Of a stretch of 64,000 bases of DNA, positions 10,757 to 21,746 are shown piece by piece; position 1 is the stretch's first letter; every line of letters begins with the position of its first letter. A model generated the notes under the pieces. That model saw only the letters and a list, made by a program, of their open reading frames with translations, did no database searches and had not been told where the DNA came from. Position numbers and translations under genes: made by a program. The stretch covers positions 3,872,001 through 3,936,000 of the forward strand of contig CAWKDB010000010.1 of the NCBI GenBank assembly GCA_963848295.1. The letters are read 5' to 3'. This DNA is from an uncultured delta proteobacterium. Its GTDB lineage: Bacteria > Myxococcota_A > Polyangia > Haliangiales > Haliangiaceae.

Positions 10757-12402
10757 GGTGCCTCCGCCGTGACGGGTGCGGGTGGAGCGGGCGGTGGCGG
10801 GACGGTCGACGGTGGAGGAGCAGGCTGAAGCGGCGCGGGTGCGGGTCGCGCGCGGCCGCCGAGATCGAAGCGATACGCGGCGCCGATCCGCACTTGAAAC
10901 GTCGTGATCGGGCCGCCGAGATCCGATGCGGTCATCACATCGAACGTGATCGGACGCGCCCACAACGTCCACGAGCGCGCGATCGCGTACTCGGCGAGGG
11001 CTTCGAAGCGGAACGCCGATCCGGTCGCGCCGGTGAATACCGGATCCTTGAAGCTCACGAACGTCGCGCCCGCCCCGACGCGACCGCCGAAGCTGAACCT
11101 GCCGAACCTCGTCATCGCGCTGCCCGAAACCAGGACCGTGCGGTGATACGCGTCGACATTGCTGTAGTTGTCGAAGTCGAGCCACACGCCGGCAGTGCGG
11201 CCGATGCCGTACCCGACCGACAGCGATTCGCCGGCGAGCGACGCGACCTGATCGGACCGGCGATTGATCGGCGAGGCGAGGCCGAGCAGCAGCCCGACCT
11301 CGAGGCCGTTCGTGATCCCGGTAGGCGGCGGCGCGGCGACGACCGCGACCGCGGCGGGCTGCGGCGCAGCGCCGGTGGATTGCGCGGGCGGTGGCGTCGC
11401 GGCGGCGGGTAACGGCGTCGCGGCGGGCTGCGCGGGCGGCGGCGCGGCGTCGGCGGGCTGTGGAGGTTGCGGCGCCGCGGCGGCGGGTTGCGCCGGCGTC
11501 GCCGGAGCCGGCTGCGCCTCCGCATGATTCGGCGCGAACAGCGCGATCGCGAACGCTGCGGCGACGCTCGCGAACGCCGCGGCTCGCCGCCTCGCCACGA
11601 TCGTGACGCCGATCGCGAGCAACACCGCGAGCGAGAAGATCTGACCGCTTGATAGCCCGAGGTAGATGCCGCGACCGGCGTCGCCGCGCACCGCTTCGAT
11701 CGGCAGCCGGCCGAGCGCATACGCGGCCGCGATGACGAGAAATACTCGGCCCTCACGCGCGCGCACCCAGCGCGATCGCCGCGCGACGAGCGCGAGCCCG
11801 ACCATGACCAGCCCGAGCAGCGCTTCGTAAAGCTGAGTCGGGTGGACCGGCAACGAATCGGCGCGCCCCGGCGGTAGCAATCCGCTTTGCAAGTGATCGA
11901 CCCACGCCGGGCTGCCGGCGGGGAACCGCACCGCCCACGGCACCGATGTCACCTTGCCGTAGTCGCAGCCTGCGAGAAAACAGCCGAGTCGCACGAAGCA
12001 CAGGGCCATCCCGATCGGCGCCGCGGCGAGATCGAGCAGACGCGCGACGGGGATGCGATGCGCGCGACAGACCGCGGCGACCGCCGCGATCCCGGCGAGA
12101 TATCCCCAGAACGACGTCATCCCGGCCCACCGCAGGTTCACTCGCCCGGTCGCGAACAGCTGCTGGAGCGTATCGATCGCCATCGGGATCACGATCCCGG
12201 CGGTCACCGCCGCGAGGTAGCACCACAGCACGATGCTCGCGATCACGCGGCGCTCGATGTCGTGCCGTCTGCCGATCGCGAGCATCAAGAACAAGCACGT
12301 GACGCCGGCGAGGCCGACGCACGTGAACCAGCTCGGCGCCAACGCCGACGCGACCCCGCCCGGCATGAACCCTTCGAGCCAATGCACGACATGGGGCCTC
12401 AT
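10753..12402 (-). CDS. Lgt-like diacylglyceryl transferase fused to Pro/Ala linker and beta-barrel-like domain
   Basis: RLGCFLAGCDYG, WAVRFP, HPTQLYE, IEAVRGD, LSSGQ; C-terminal amphipathic strands ending IGAAYRF. Confidence 0.85.
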   Translation of the reverse strand: MRPHVVHWLEGFMPGGVASALAPSWFTCVGLAGVTCLFLMLAIGRRHDIERRVIASIVLWCYLAAVTAGIVIPMAIDTLQQLFATGRVNLRWAGMTSFWGYLAGIAAVAAVCRAHRIPVARLLDLAAAPIGMALCFVRLGCFLAGCDYGKVTSVPWAVRFPAGSPAWVDHLQSGLLPPGRADSLPVHPTQLYEALLGLVMVGLALVARRSRWVRAREGRVFLVIAAAYALGRLPIEAVRGDAGRGIYLGLSSGQIFSLAVLLAIGVTIVARRRAAAFASVAAAFAIALFAPNHAEAQPAPATPAQPAAAAPQPPQPADAAPPPAQPAATPLPAAATPPPAQSTGAAPQPAAVAVVAAPPPTGITNGLEVGLLLGLASPINRRSDQVASLAGESLSVGYGIGRTAGVWLDFDNYSNVDAYHRTVLVSGSAMTRFGRFSFGGRVGAGATFVSFKDPVFTGATGSAFRFEALAEYAIARSWTLWARPITFDVMTASDLGGPITTFQVRIGAAYRFDLGGRARPAPAPLQPAPPPSTVPPPPAPPAPVTAEAP

Positions 12403-14099
12403 GGCTGGTCCTCGCTCGTCACATCGTTCGTGCGGTCGCGTCGACGCTTCTTGCGCGAGCGGCGCCGGACGAACGCGGCGGCTGGAATCGGCAGGAACCC
12501 CCACACGAACGACAGCACGATCGCCATGCTGGCACCGCTGTCGTCTTGCGCGACGCCGCACTGCCCACTGTTGCCGTTGCAGTCGCCGCCGCTGCCGCCG
12601 CTGCAATTGTCACAGCCACCGGAGCCGCACGAGCCGCCGCTGCCGCACGAGCCGCCGCTGCCGCACGAGCCGCCGCTGCCGCACGAGCCGCCGCCACCGC
12701 CGCAGCTGCCGCCGGAGCTGGTGCCACCACCGCCGCCGCCGCCACCGCAGCTGGTGCCGGAGCTGCTGTTGCCGCCGCTGCAACTGCCACCCGAGCTGCT
12801 GCCGGTGTTGGACGAGCACGCATCGCACGTGCCGGTGCACCCGCTCGGTCCGGTACAGCTCGGCGACGCGTCGCAGTTGCTGTTGTTGCTGCACGAGTTG
12901 CTGCAGCTCACCGAGGTCGAGCGCGGCGGTTCGGTCGGAGCGACGCCGCCGTCGAGGCCTGGGAACGGATCCTTCGGCGCTCCATAGATCTGCGCGAGGC
13001 AGGTATCGAGCGCGGTCGCACAAGGATCGGTCAAGAAGTTCGCGTTGCTCTGGAGCGTGTTGAGCGAATCCGCCGCGGTCGCATCGCGCGGACAGGCCGG
13101 CGCGCCGGAGGCGGCGCAGCTGTCGACCGACGAGATCGCGAGGGCGAGGTTGATGCAGATCAGGAAGTAGCCCTGGCCGCCGTTCGCACCCAGCATCGTG
13201 CACTCGGCGTTGCCGTCGGTGATGTTCGTGATCGGCTTGCAGCTATTGTCAGCGAGACAACTCGTGCAACGCGCGGTCTGCGCGGCGGCGCATTCTTCGA
13301 CCGAGCCATAGAAGCTGTAGGGGTTGCCGTCGTCGGCTGCGGCCCCCGCGGGGTCTCGCACGGGCGGTTGCGAGGTCGATCGAGCCGCGGCCGGTGCGGG
13401 ATCCGAGTGAGTCGAATAGGTCGCGCCGCTCGTGGGGGCGACGCGGGGCTGCTTCGCCGTGACCCCGAGCTCGACCGCCGGTGGGTCGAGCGCGGCGAGC
13501 ACCACCGGGTTGACGATCAGCTCGCCGGTGTCGTCGATGTACGCTGCGACCACGGGCAAGCGCGAGGCCGGCACGACCACGACCTGGCGATCGTGACCTC
13601 CTGCATCGATCGCGAGTGCGGCCAGCACGCCTTCGTCGCGGTCCGGTAGCTCGCGCCACGGGTGGTCGTCCCACGCCGCCGAGATCCGTACGTCGGCGAC
13701 CGGCGAGACATGATCGATGAGGTTGTGCTTCGTCGTCGCGGCGAGCGGCTCGCTCACCATCGCAGCGCCGCCGGCGAGCGCGACGTGGACCACGGCGAGC
13801 GCCTCGCTGTTCGCGCTCGCGAGCTGGACGTCATACGCGGCCAAGCCTTGCGTCACGCTATCGTCGAGCGTCGGCGCGGCGCCGAGTGCGAGCGGTGTCG
13901 GCACTGCGGTCTGATCGCAAGCCGCCGCGAGGACCGCTCGCGCCGCCGCGCGCTGCTGAGAGGTCCACTGCGACGCGGTCTCCGGGGCAATCCCGAGCAG
14001 GTCTCGCAGATCGAGATCGCCCGGGTCGACGCCGTTGTCACCCGCCGTGCAAGCAGCGAAAACTGCCAATAGGATCGCCACGCGATGCACCCTGTTCAT
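12399..14099 (-). CDS. Cys/Gly/Ser-rich lipoprotein with C-terminal TM and basic tail
   Basis: VFAAC lipobox; GQCGV, TM, RRRSRKKRRR at C-terminus. Confidence 0.8.
   Translation of the reverse strand: MNRVHRVAILLAVFAACTAGDNGVDPGDLDLRDLLGIAPETASQWTSQQRAAARAVLAAACDQTAVPTPLALGAAPTLDDSVTQGLAAYDVQLASANSEALAVVHVALAGGAAMVSEPLAATTKHNLIDHVSPVADVRISAAWDDHPWRELPDRDEGVLAALAIDAGGHDRQVVVVPASRLPVVAAYIDDTGELIVNPVVLAALDPPAVELGVTAKQPRVAPTSGATYSTHSDPAPAAARSTSQPPVRDPAGAAADDGNPYSFYGSVEECAAAQTARCTSCLADNSCKPITNITDGNAECTMLGANGGQGYFLICINLALAISSVDSCAASGAPACPRDATAADSLNTLQSNANFLTDPCATALDTCLAQIYGAPKDPFPGLDGGVAPTEPPRSTSVSCSNSCSNNSNCDASPSCTGPSGCTGTCDACSSNTGSSSGGSCSGGNSSSGTSCGGGGGGGGTSSGGSCGGGGGSCGSGGSCGSGGSCGSGGSCGSGGCDNCSGGSGGDCNGNSGQCGVAQDDSGASMAIVLSFVWGFLPIPAAAFVRRRSRKKRRRDRTNDVTSEDQP
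12625..12694. repeat. 18-bp coding tandem repeat, about 3.9 copies (SGGSCG)
   Basis: CCGCACGAGCCGCCGCTG at 12625, 12643, 12661, partial at 12679. Confidence 0.95.
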
Positions 14100-14243
14100 C
14101 GCGTTCAGCTTCGTCCGGGCCGCGCAACAACTCAAGAACTTGGCAGACTCTGCCGGATAGGTCTCGGTGATGAAGGCTTCACGAGCCCCCGGCGCAGCGA
14201 AGGCGAGCTCCGGCATCGCGAGCGGCTCGTCGCGCGATCGGGA

Positions 14244-15332
14244 TCAAGGCACGGCGAGCGGCCCGGTGACGACCGCCGCGGGATCGGCGCACAGGTGCAT
14301 CGTCGCGCTCGCGTCGGGTGCAGGCTCGATCTCGGGACCGAGGTCGGCGTCGGTCGACAGCGCCCACAGGCGATCGACACACGGCGGTGTCGTGCGCAGC
14401 GCCGGCAGCACGATCGGAAACAGCGTGGTGCCGACCGCGTGGTCGCCGGAGCGCAGCACGGTTCCAGCGGGCAGGTAATCGACCATCTTCGCCGGCGAGG
14501 CAGCGCGACCATGACCGCTATAGCCATAACCGCGTCCGACCGAGACCGATTTGACGTCGCCGTCCGCGACCGCGACCGTAAGGTTGCGGCACGGCGCGTG
14601 AGCCTGCACGAAAGTCGTGCCGTGGCCGTGCGGTTCGGCTGTCGCGGAGAACAGCGCGGTGCGGACGTGCAGGTGGTCCGGGCCGAGACGCGCGGGCGCA
14701 TCCCTCACCTCGTAGTTCACCGGCGTGTCGGCGTCGCTGGCTCGTTCGATCGGCGCTTGGAACGCGAGCCCGACCGCGTTGTCCGGTATTGGCAACGTGA
14801 CAGTATCGCCGGCCAGCGCGACGCGAAAGCCGCCCGCACGGTGTACGACGGCGACGCCAGGCTCGAGCGCGATCCGCGTTCCATCGACGAATTGCTTCGC
14901 GAACGGGTGGGCGAGCACGGGAGACAGCTCGTCGCGCCGGACAAAGACCCGGACATGTTCGAGGTCGGATGGCGGCACGAACGTGATCCAGCCGCATTGT
15001 TCATCCTCGACTGCTTCGACCTCGAGGAACGCGCCCACGCTCGACACCACGGTCATCGGCGCGGCGGCTCCGAGCGGTCTGGCGTGAGAGGCCAGGCGGC
15101 CGAGCGTCACGTAGGGCGCACTCGGCGACGGCTCGAGGTAGAGCCGCGCATCGGCCCAGACCAACACGATGCCGGCGAGCGGCGGCTCGGCGACCGCCGC
15201 CGGATGGCTGGGAGCGGTCACCGGATCGGTTCCGCCGGTCCAGCAACCGGCAAGCGCCAGCGCGGCCACCGCTGTCACGTTGCCAATACCGGACAACGCG
15301 GTCGGGCTCGCGCTCCGGGCGGCACCCGCCAT
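14244..15332 (-). CDS. Hypothetical lipoprotein
   Basis: LALAGC lipobox; TAATG overlap with rdgB stop. Confidence 0.7.
   Translation of the reverse strand: MAGAARSASPTALSGIGNVTAVAALALAGCWTGGTDPVTAPSHPAAVAEPPLAGIVLVWADARLYLEPSPSAPYVTLGRLASHARPLGAAAPMTVVSSVGAFLEVEAVEDEQCGWITFVPPSDLEHVRVFVRRDELSPVLAHPFAKQFVDGTRIALEPGVAVVHRAGGFRVALAGDTVTLPIPDNAVGLAFQAPIERASDADTPVNYEVRDAPARLGPDHLHVRTALFSATAEPHGHGTTFVQAHAPCRNLTVAVADGDVKSVSVGRGYGYSGHGRAASPAKMVDYLPAGTVLRSGDHAVGTTLFPIVLPALRTTPPCVDRLWALSTDADLGPEIEPAPDASATMHLCADPAAVVTGPLAVP
14763..15312. repeat. Perfect 41-bp inverted repeat pair (14763-14803, 15272-15312)
   Basis: CGCGAGCCCGACCGCGTTGTCCGGTATTGGCAACGTGACAG and its exact reverse complement. Confidence 0.95.
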
Positions 15333-15955
15333 TACTGTTCCGCGAGTTGCTGCAAGTACGCGAGCAGCTGCGGCTTGATCGCTTGCATCGCTCGCGCGCG
15401 ATGCGACAGATCGCTCTTCGTGCCGACGCCGGCCTCCGCGAACGTCTGGCCGAGCTCGGGCGAGAAGAACAAAGGGTCGTAGCCGAAGCCGCCGACGCCG
15501 CGCGCGCTCGTCAGGATCGTGCCCTCGCACGTGCCGCCGGCGGTGATCAGGCGATCGCCGAGCGGACCAGCGACATCGGCGAACGCGAGCGCGGCACGGA
15601 AGCGCGCGGAGCGGCGCTCCGGTGCAACGCCGGCAAGCGCGGCGAGCAGCTTCGCGTTGTTCTCGGCGTCGGTCGCGCTCGCACCGGCGTAGCGCGCGCT
15701 GTAAACGCCGGGCGCTCCGTCGAGCGCGTCGACCTCGAGCCCACTGTCGTCGGCGAGCGCGGGCAACCCGGTCGCGCGCGAGACCTCGCGAGCCTTCTTC
15801 GCGGCGTTGCCGGCGAACGTGTCGGCGTCCTCGACGACCTCGGGGACCGGGTGCTCGAGCTCGTCGACCGCGACGACCGAAATCCCGGGCAGCAGCGCGC
15901 GTAGCTCGACGAGCTTGCCGCGGTTGCGAGTCGCGAACACGAGCGGTCGCGTCAT
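15332..15955 (-). CDS. rdgB: XTP/dITP diphosphatase (Ham1 family)
   Basis: [29 protein letters not shown]. Confidence 0.96.
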   Translation of the reverse strand: MTRPLVFATRNRGKLVELRALLPGISVVAVDELEHPVPEVVEDADTFAGNAAKKAREVSRATGLPALADDSGLEVDALDGAPGVYSARYAGASATDAENNAKLLAALAGVAPERRSARFRAALAFADVAGPLGDRLITAGGTCEGTILTSARGVGGFGYDPLFFSPELGQTFAEAGVGTKSDLSHRARAMQAIKPQLLAYLQQLAEQ

Positions 15956-16656
15956 GCGCCGGCGATGGCTCGTTGCGCGGCGACGAGCTGGCGAATCCCG
16001 CCGAGCGCGAGATCGAGCATCGCGTCGAGTTGCTTGCGGTCGAAGCTCGCATGCTCCGCGGTGCCTTGGACTTCGATCAGCTTGCCCTCGGCATCGCCGA
16101 CGACGTTCATGTCGACGTCCGCCTTCGAGTCCTCGACGTAGGGCAAGTCGAGCACGATCTCGCCACCGACGACGCCGACCGACACCGCGGCGACCGGTGG
16201 CCGCAGCGCGCGCAGATCCGCGAGCTGGCCGCGGCCGACCAACGTCTTGAGCGCGAGCGCGAGCGCGACCCACGCGCCGGTGATCGAGGCGACGCGCGTG
16301 CCGCCGTCGGCCGACAACACGTCGCAGTCGACTGCGATCGTGCGCTCGCCGAGCTTGTCGAGATCGATGGCCGCGCGCAGCGACCGGCCGATCAGCCGCT
16401 GGATCTCCTTGCCGCGACCGCCGGGGTCTCGCTTGCTCCGGGTGTGCGTCGAGCGCGGCAGCATCGCGTACTCGGCGGTGAGCCAGCCCTTGCCTTTACC
16501 GGCGAGAAACGACGGCACGCCTTGCTCGACGCTCGCGGCGCACAGCACCCAGGTGTCGCCGAGCTTGATCAGCGCGGAGCCTTCGGCGTGCTTCTGATAG
16601 TTCGGGATGATTTCTAGCGGGCGGAGTTGGTCGGCGCGTCGGCCGTCGGGGCGCAT
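15952..16656 (-). CDS. rph: Ribonuclease PH
   Basis: [39 protein letters not shown]. Confidence 0.97.
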   Translation of the reverse strand: MRPDGRRADQLRPLEIIPNYQKHAEGSALIKLGDTWVLCAASVEQGVPSFLAGKGKGWLTAEYAMLPRSTHTRSKRDPGGRGKEIQRLIGRSLRAAIDLDKLGERTIAVDCDVLSADGGTRVASITGAWVALALALKTLVGRGQLADLRALRPPVAAVSVGVVGGEIVLDLPYVEDSKADVDMNVVGDAEGKLIEVQGTAEHASFDRKQLDAMLDLALGGIRQLVAAQRAIAGA

Positions 16657-16685
16657 GGCGCGCAGGCTACCCCGACCGCGGTGCC

Positions 16686-16720
16686 TGTTGCACCCCTGTT
16701 GCAGCCCGCGCGGTGTTGCA
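16686..16720 (+). promoter_or_regulatory. Three TGTTGCA direct repeats, candidate enhancer
   Basis: TGTTGCA at 16686, 16697, 16714, upstream of a sigma54-like promoter. Confidence 0.5.
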
Positions 16721-16774
16721 GTCGATCTGCGCGGACCGCGCCGCAGAAACACCAGGTTGCGAGCGCGGTGCGGC

Positions 16775-16790
16775 TGGCACGTCACTTGAT
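16775..16790 (+). promoter_or_regulatory. Putative sigma54 (-24/-12) promoter
   Basis: TGGCACGTCACTTGAT versus consensus TGGCACG-N4-TTGC. Confidence 0.6.
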
Positions 16791-16845
16791 ATGAGCCGCC
16801 ACATCCCTCGCAACCCATTCAGGACCGAGTGAGAAGGAAAATTCG

Positions 16846-17403
16846 ATGCGTACCAACCTCATGATCCTCATCCTTGGGCTCGGCCTCACCGCCGGGTGCA
16901 GTAAGAAATCCAAAGACGGCGGTAGCGCGCCGAACGCCAAAGAAGCGCCGACCGCTACCGCGCCGACCGGTGCCGCGCCGACTGCTGGCGCGTCCGGCGG
17001 TGACATCGATCTCTCGCCCGGCGGCGCCACTTGGAAAGGCTGGCACGCCAAGGGCGACGACGCACAGGTGACCGACGCCGGCACCGGCGACGGCATGATC
17101 AACGTGACTTTCAAGACGTTCGGGTTCGCGCTCACACAAGGCGACTTGCACATCTCCGACATGAAGAACGGCGCGAAGGCTGCGGTCGAGGGCTCGAACG
17201 GCAAGGTCACGTTCACGACCGACAAGCCAGACGCGCTCGACTACGTCACCGAGCGGGCAAACGCCGACGGTGCACCGATCAAGACCTATGGCTTCGCGAT
17301 GTACGTCACCGCGAGCGGCAAGAAGATCGGCTGCTCCGCGGTGCTCGACGATCTCGATCAAATCGCGACCGCCAAGGCCGTGTGCCAGTCGGTCCACAAG
17401 TAA
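16846..17403 (+). CDS. Hypothetical lipoprotein
   Basis: LTAGC lipobox, AAGGA RBS. Confidence 0.85.
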   Translation: MRTNLMILILGLGLTAGCSKKSKDGGSAPNAKEAPTATAPTGAAPTAGASGGDIDLSPGGATWKGWHAKGDDAQVTDAGTGDGMINVTFKTFGFALTQGDLHISDMKNGAKAAVEGSNGKVTFTTDKPDALDYVTERANADGAPIKTYGFAMYVTASGKKIGCSAVLDDLDQIATAKAVCQSVHK

Positions 17404-17418
17404 CCACAAGGACATGTC

Positions 17419-17904
17419 ATGACCAAGAACACCTCGTTCCTACTCGCGCTCGCACTCGTCACCATCACCGGCTGCAAGAAATCGGGCGGCGATGGTGCCG
17501 CACCGTCGGGCAAAGCCGTCGAGGCCGGCCCGGTGAAGATCGCGAAGCTCGGGCTTCAGATTGATATCGGTGGCGAGACCTCGGTCAGCGATGGCATCGG
17601 CGCGAGCTCGCAGATGCTCGCGAGCGACAGCATCGGTGCGCTCAATGTCCAAGCCGCGGACAAGAAGCAGACCATCGACGACGCGAAGTCGGACGCCGCC
17701 ATGTTCAACCCGAAGAACCTCAAGGCCGAGACGCTGGCCGATGGCTGGGCGCTGACCTACGACAACGTCGGCAGCGCCGGCGCGAACTTCTTCGTCACCG
17801 TCCAGCGCGACATCGGCGGCAAGACCTACAATTGTGCGACGACGGCGAACGACGCCGACCACGCGAAGGCGGTCCTCGCCGCGTGCAAGACGCTGCGCAA
17901 GTAG
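17419..17904 (+). CDS. Hypothetical lipoprotein, probable paralog of upstream gene
   Basis: ITGC lipobox; similar GK...C / A...C C-terminal Cys pair. Confidence 0.85.
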   Translation: MTKNTSFLLALALVTITGCKKSGGDGAAPSGKAVEAGPVKIAKLGLQIDIGGETSVSDGIGASSQMLASDSIGALNVQAADKKQTIDDAKSDAAMFNPKNLKAETLADGWALTYDNVGSAGANFFVTVQRDIGGKTYNCATTANDADHAKAVLAACKTLRK

Positions 17905-17915
17905 CGATGTCGGAC

Positions 17916-19226
<1,311 letters not shown>

Positions 19227-19263
19227 GCCGGATCTGACTGTAGCGCGGTACAGTGCCGCCGCG

Positions 19264-21663
19264 ATGGCGAACGACGGTCCGGCTGCAAAGACCGACATCT
19301 CTGCGGACGGGACGCTCGAGATGCCGGCGGCGGATCGCGGACGGGATTCTGACTTGCCGCACTCGTTCGGCAGGTTCGTGATCGATTCGCGGCTCGGGCA
19401 GGGCGGCATGGGCATCGTGTTCGCCGGCCACGACGCGGACCTCGGCCGCCAGGTCGCGATCAAGGTGCTGCGGCCCGAGCTCGGCCACTTGCGCGAGCGG
19501 CTGTTGCGCGAGGCGCGTGCGATGGCTCGAGTCGAGCACCCGAACGTCGTACGAGTCTACGAGGTCGGCACCGATGCGGCGAACGTGTTCGTCGCGATGG
19601 AGCTGATCGATGGCACGACCCTCGACGAGTGGTTGGGTGAGCCGCGCGGCTGGGAAGCCGTGGTCGCGATGTTCCGCCAAGTCGGCGAGGGTCTGCGCGC
19701 CGTGCACCGCGCCGAGCTCGTGCATCGCGACTTCAAGCCGCAGAACGTGCTCGTCGACCGCGCCGGCATCGCGCGCGTCGCCGACTTCGGGCTGGTGCGG
19801 CACGAGACCGACGACGCGTCACCGCTCGGCGCGACGCTGACCCAGACCGGCGCGATGATGGGTACTCCGGGCTACATGGCGCCCGAGCAGCAGTTCGGCG
19901 GCGAGGTCGACGCGCGCGCCGATCAGTACAGCTTTTGCGTCGCGCTGCGCGAGGCACTCGGCGGCCGACCGTTCGACGAGGCGCGCTGGCGGCTCGTGCC
20001 GGCGGGCGTGCGCGATGCGATCGGGCGCGGGCTGTTGTTCGACGCGGCGGACCGCTGGCCGTCGCTCGACGGATTACTCGGTGTGCTCTCCGATCTCGGC
20101 CCGGACGCAACGGTCGCAATGGCGACGGTCGATCCACCGCGGCGGCGCCGCCGCCTTGGCGTGGTTATCGCTGGAGCGGCGATCGGCGCCGTGGCGTTGG
20201 CCGCGACCGTGATCGCGCTCGCGGCCCGCGGCTCGACGAACAGCGACTCGCGACAGACGCAATCGCTTGCCGCCGTCGCCGCGATCACGCCGACGCGAGA
20301 CGCCGAAGTTGCGGCCGCCGCGGTGGTGTTACCACCGGCGACCGTGATCGATGGCGTCGCTGCTCCTATCGATGCCGGCGCTGTTCCGGCCGAGCCCGAC
20401 GGCTCGCTACGCGATCGCGCGCGGCTCGCGCTGATCCGCAAGACGGTGCACGACCTCGGCTACGTCGGGCTCGATCTCGCGCGGCTCGATGCAGCACCCG
20501 AGGTGGTCCGGCGCACCCTCGATCAGAAACTTGCGACGGCTCAGGGCGTCGATGCCGCGATCGCGCGCGTCCAGCTCGGCATGACGCTGCGCCGCGGCGG
20601 CGATTGCTCGGCGGCAGACGCGGCTTGGAAGAAGGCGGTCGCGGGGCTCGCACGCCACGGCGCGACCGCGATCTGGGTCGCGCGCGGTCACACCGGCTTG
20701 GCGCTGTGCGCCCTCGAGCGCGGCGACATGGAGACCGCCGACGACCAGGCGAAGGCGGGCTGGGGACTCGGCGACGGCGACGATCCGGAGCTGCACCTGG
20801 TCAGCGCGATCGCGACCTACGAGCTCGACGGCAAAGGGCACGCCGAGTTGTTCGTGAACGACATCATGAGCAGCACCCAGTCCCCAGCGGTGAAGCGGCT
20901 GACAGAGCAATGGCTCGCAGGCGTCGGCTGGAAGTTTGTCTCTCTGGACGAGTCGGTCGAGAAGGTCCGCCGCGAAACCGCCGCAGACGCCGCGGCGAAG
21001 ACAGTTGCGGTTGCGAAGCCCGATGCCGGCATCGGTCACGGTGCCGCTCCGGGCGAAATGCCATTCTCGGTAGCGCCACTGCCGCCGCCCGTGCCGCGAG
21101 CAATTCCGCCGAGACTACCCGCGGCGACGGTCGGCGATCCCGGCCATCTCCCGGTGCTGCGCGCGACGATCCGCGACCTCGGGTACATCGGCGTCGACGT
21201 CGCGGCGATCGACAAGGCTCCGGAACGTAGCCAACGCGAAGCCGAGCAGCGGGTCGCCTCGATGCCGGCCGGCGGGCCGCGAGCGAGCGCCGAGTACGAT
21301 CTCGCGATGATCATGCGCCGGCGCGGCGACTGCAACCACGCGTTGGTGACGTGGACCGAGGCGTTGGAGGTGTTCGATCACGACAAGCTCGGCAAAGTCC
21401 TGGCGGCGCGCTCGCGGTTCGGCATCGCGCTATGCGACCTCGCGGATGGCAACGGTTTCGCTGCGAAGGACATGCTCGGGCGCGCGTGGCTCGATGGTGA
21501 CCAGCGCCAGATCAAGTTTGCGATGGCGCTCGCAGCCTACGAACGCGGGGAACGCCCGCTCGCGCAAGCGATGATGATCGCCGCCGAGCACGAAGGCGGG
21601 ACGAACGTGAATGCGGCGCTCAAGACGTGGCTCGCGGGGACGGGGCTCACGTTGATGCCGTGA
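19264..21663 (+). CDS. Transmembrane Ser/Thr protein kinase
   Basis: LGQGGMG, VAIK, HRDFKPQN, DFG, GTPGYMAPE, TM helix, duplicated C-terminal domain. Confidence 0.95.
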   Translation: MANDGPAAKTDISADGTLEMPAADRGRDSDLPHSFGRFVIDSRLGQGGMGIVFAGHDADLGRQVAIKVLRPELGHLRERLLREARAMARVEHPNVVRVYEVGTDAANVFVAMELIDGTTLDEWLGEPRGWEAVVAMFRQVGEGLRAVHRAELVHRDFKPQNVLVDRAGIARVADFGLVRHETDDASPLGATLTQTGAMMGTPGYMAPEQQFGGEVDARADQYSFCVALREALGGRPFDEARWRLVPAGVRDAIGRGLLFDAADRWPSLDGLLGVLSDLGPDATVAMATVDPPRRRRRLGVVIAGAAIGAVALAATVIALAARGSTNSDSRQTQSLAAVAAITPTRDAEVAAAAVVLPPATVIDGVAAPIDAGAVPAEPDGSLRDRARLALIRKTVHDLGYVGLDLARLDAAPEVVRRTLDQKLATAQGVDAAIARVQLGMTLRRGGDCSAADAAWKKAVAGLARHGATAIWVARGHTGLALCALERGDMETADDQAKAGWGLGDGDDPELHLVSAIATYELDGKGHAELFVNDIMSSTQSPAVKRLTEQWLAGVGWKFVSLDESVEKVRRETAADAAAKTVAVAKPDAGIGHGAAPGEMPFSVAPLPPPVPRAIPPRLPAATVGDPGHLPVLRATIRDLGYIGVDVAAIDKAPERSQREAEQRVASMPAGGPRASAEYDLAMIMRRRGDCNHALVTWTEALEVFDHDKLGKVLAARSRFGIALCDLADGNGFAAKDMLGRAWLDGDQRQIKFAMALAAYERGERPLAQAMMIAAEHEGGTNVNAALKTWLAGTGLTLMP

Positions 21664-21671
21664 TCCGTGCT

Positions 21672-21730
21672 GGGGACGCTGTCTCTTTTGTCACCTTGTG
21701 GCGCAAGTTGACAAAAGAGACAGCGTCCCC
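21672..21730. repeat. Long palindrome between convergent genes (REP-like or bidirectional terminator)
   Basis: GGGGACGCTGTCTCTTTTGTCA (21672-21693) pairs exactly with 21709-21730. Confidence 0.9.
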
Positions 21731-21746
21731 CCCCCAACTCACCAAT

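Noticed and set aside
12450..12920. RiPP precursor (Cys/Ser-rich)
   Set aside because: Part of a large membrane-anchored protein; no YcaO, radical SAM or lanthipeptide enzyme in the window.
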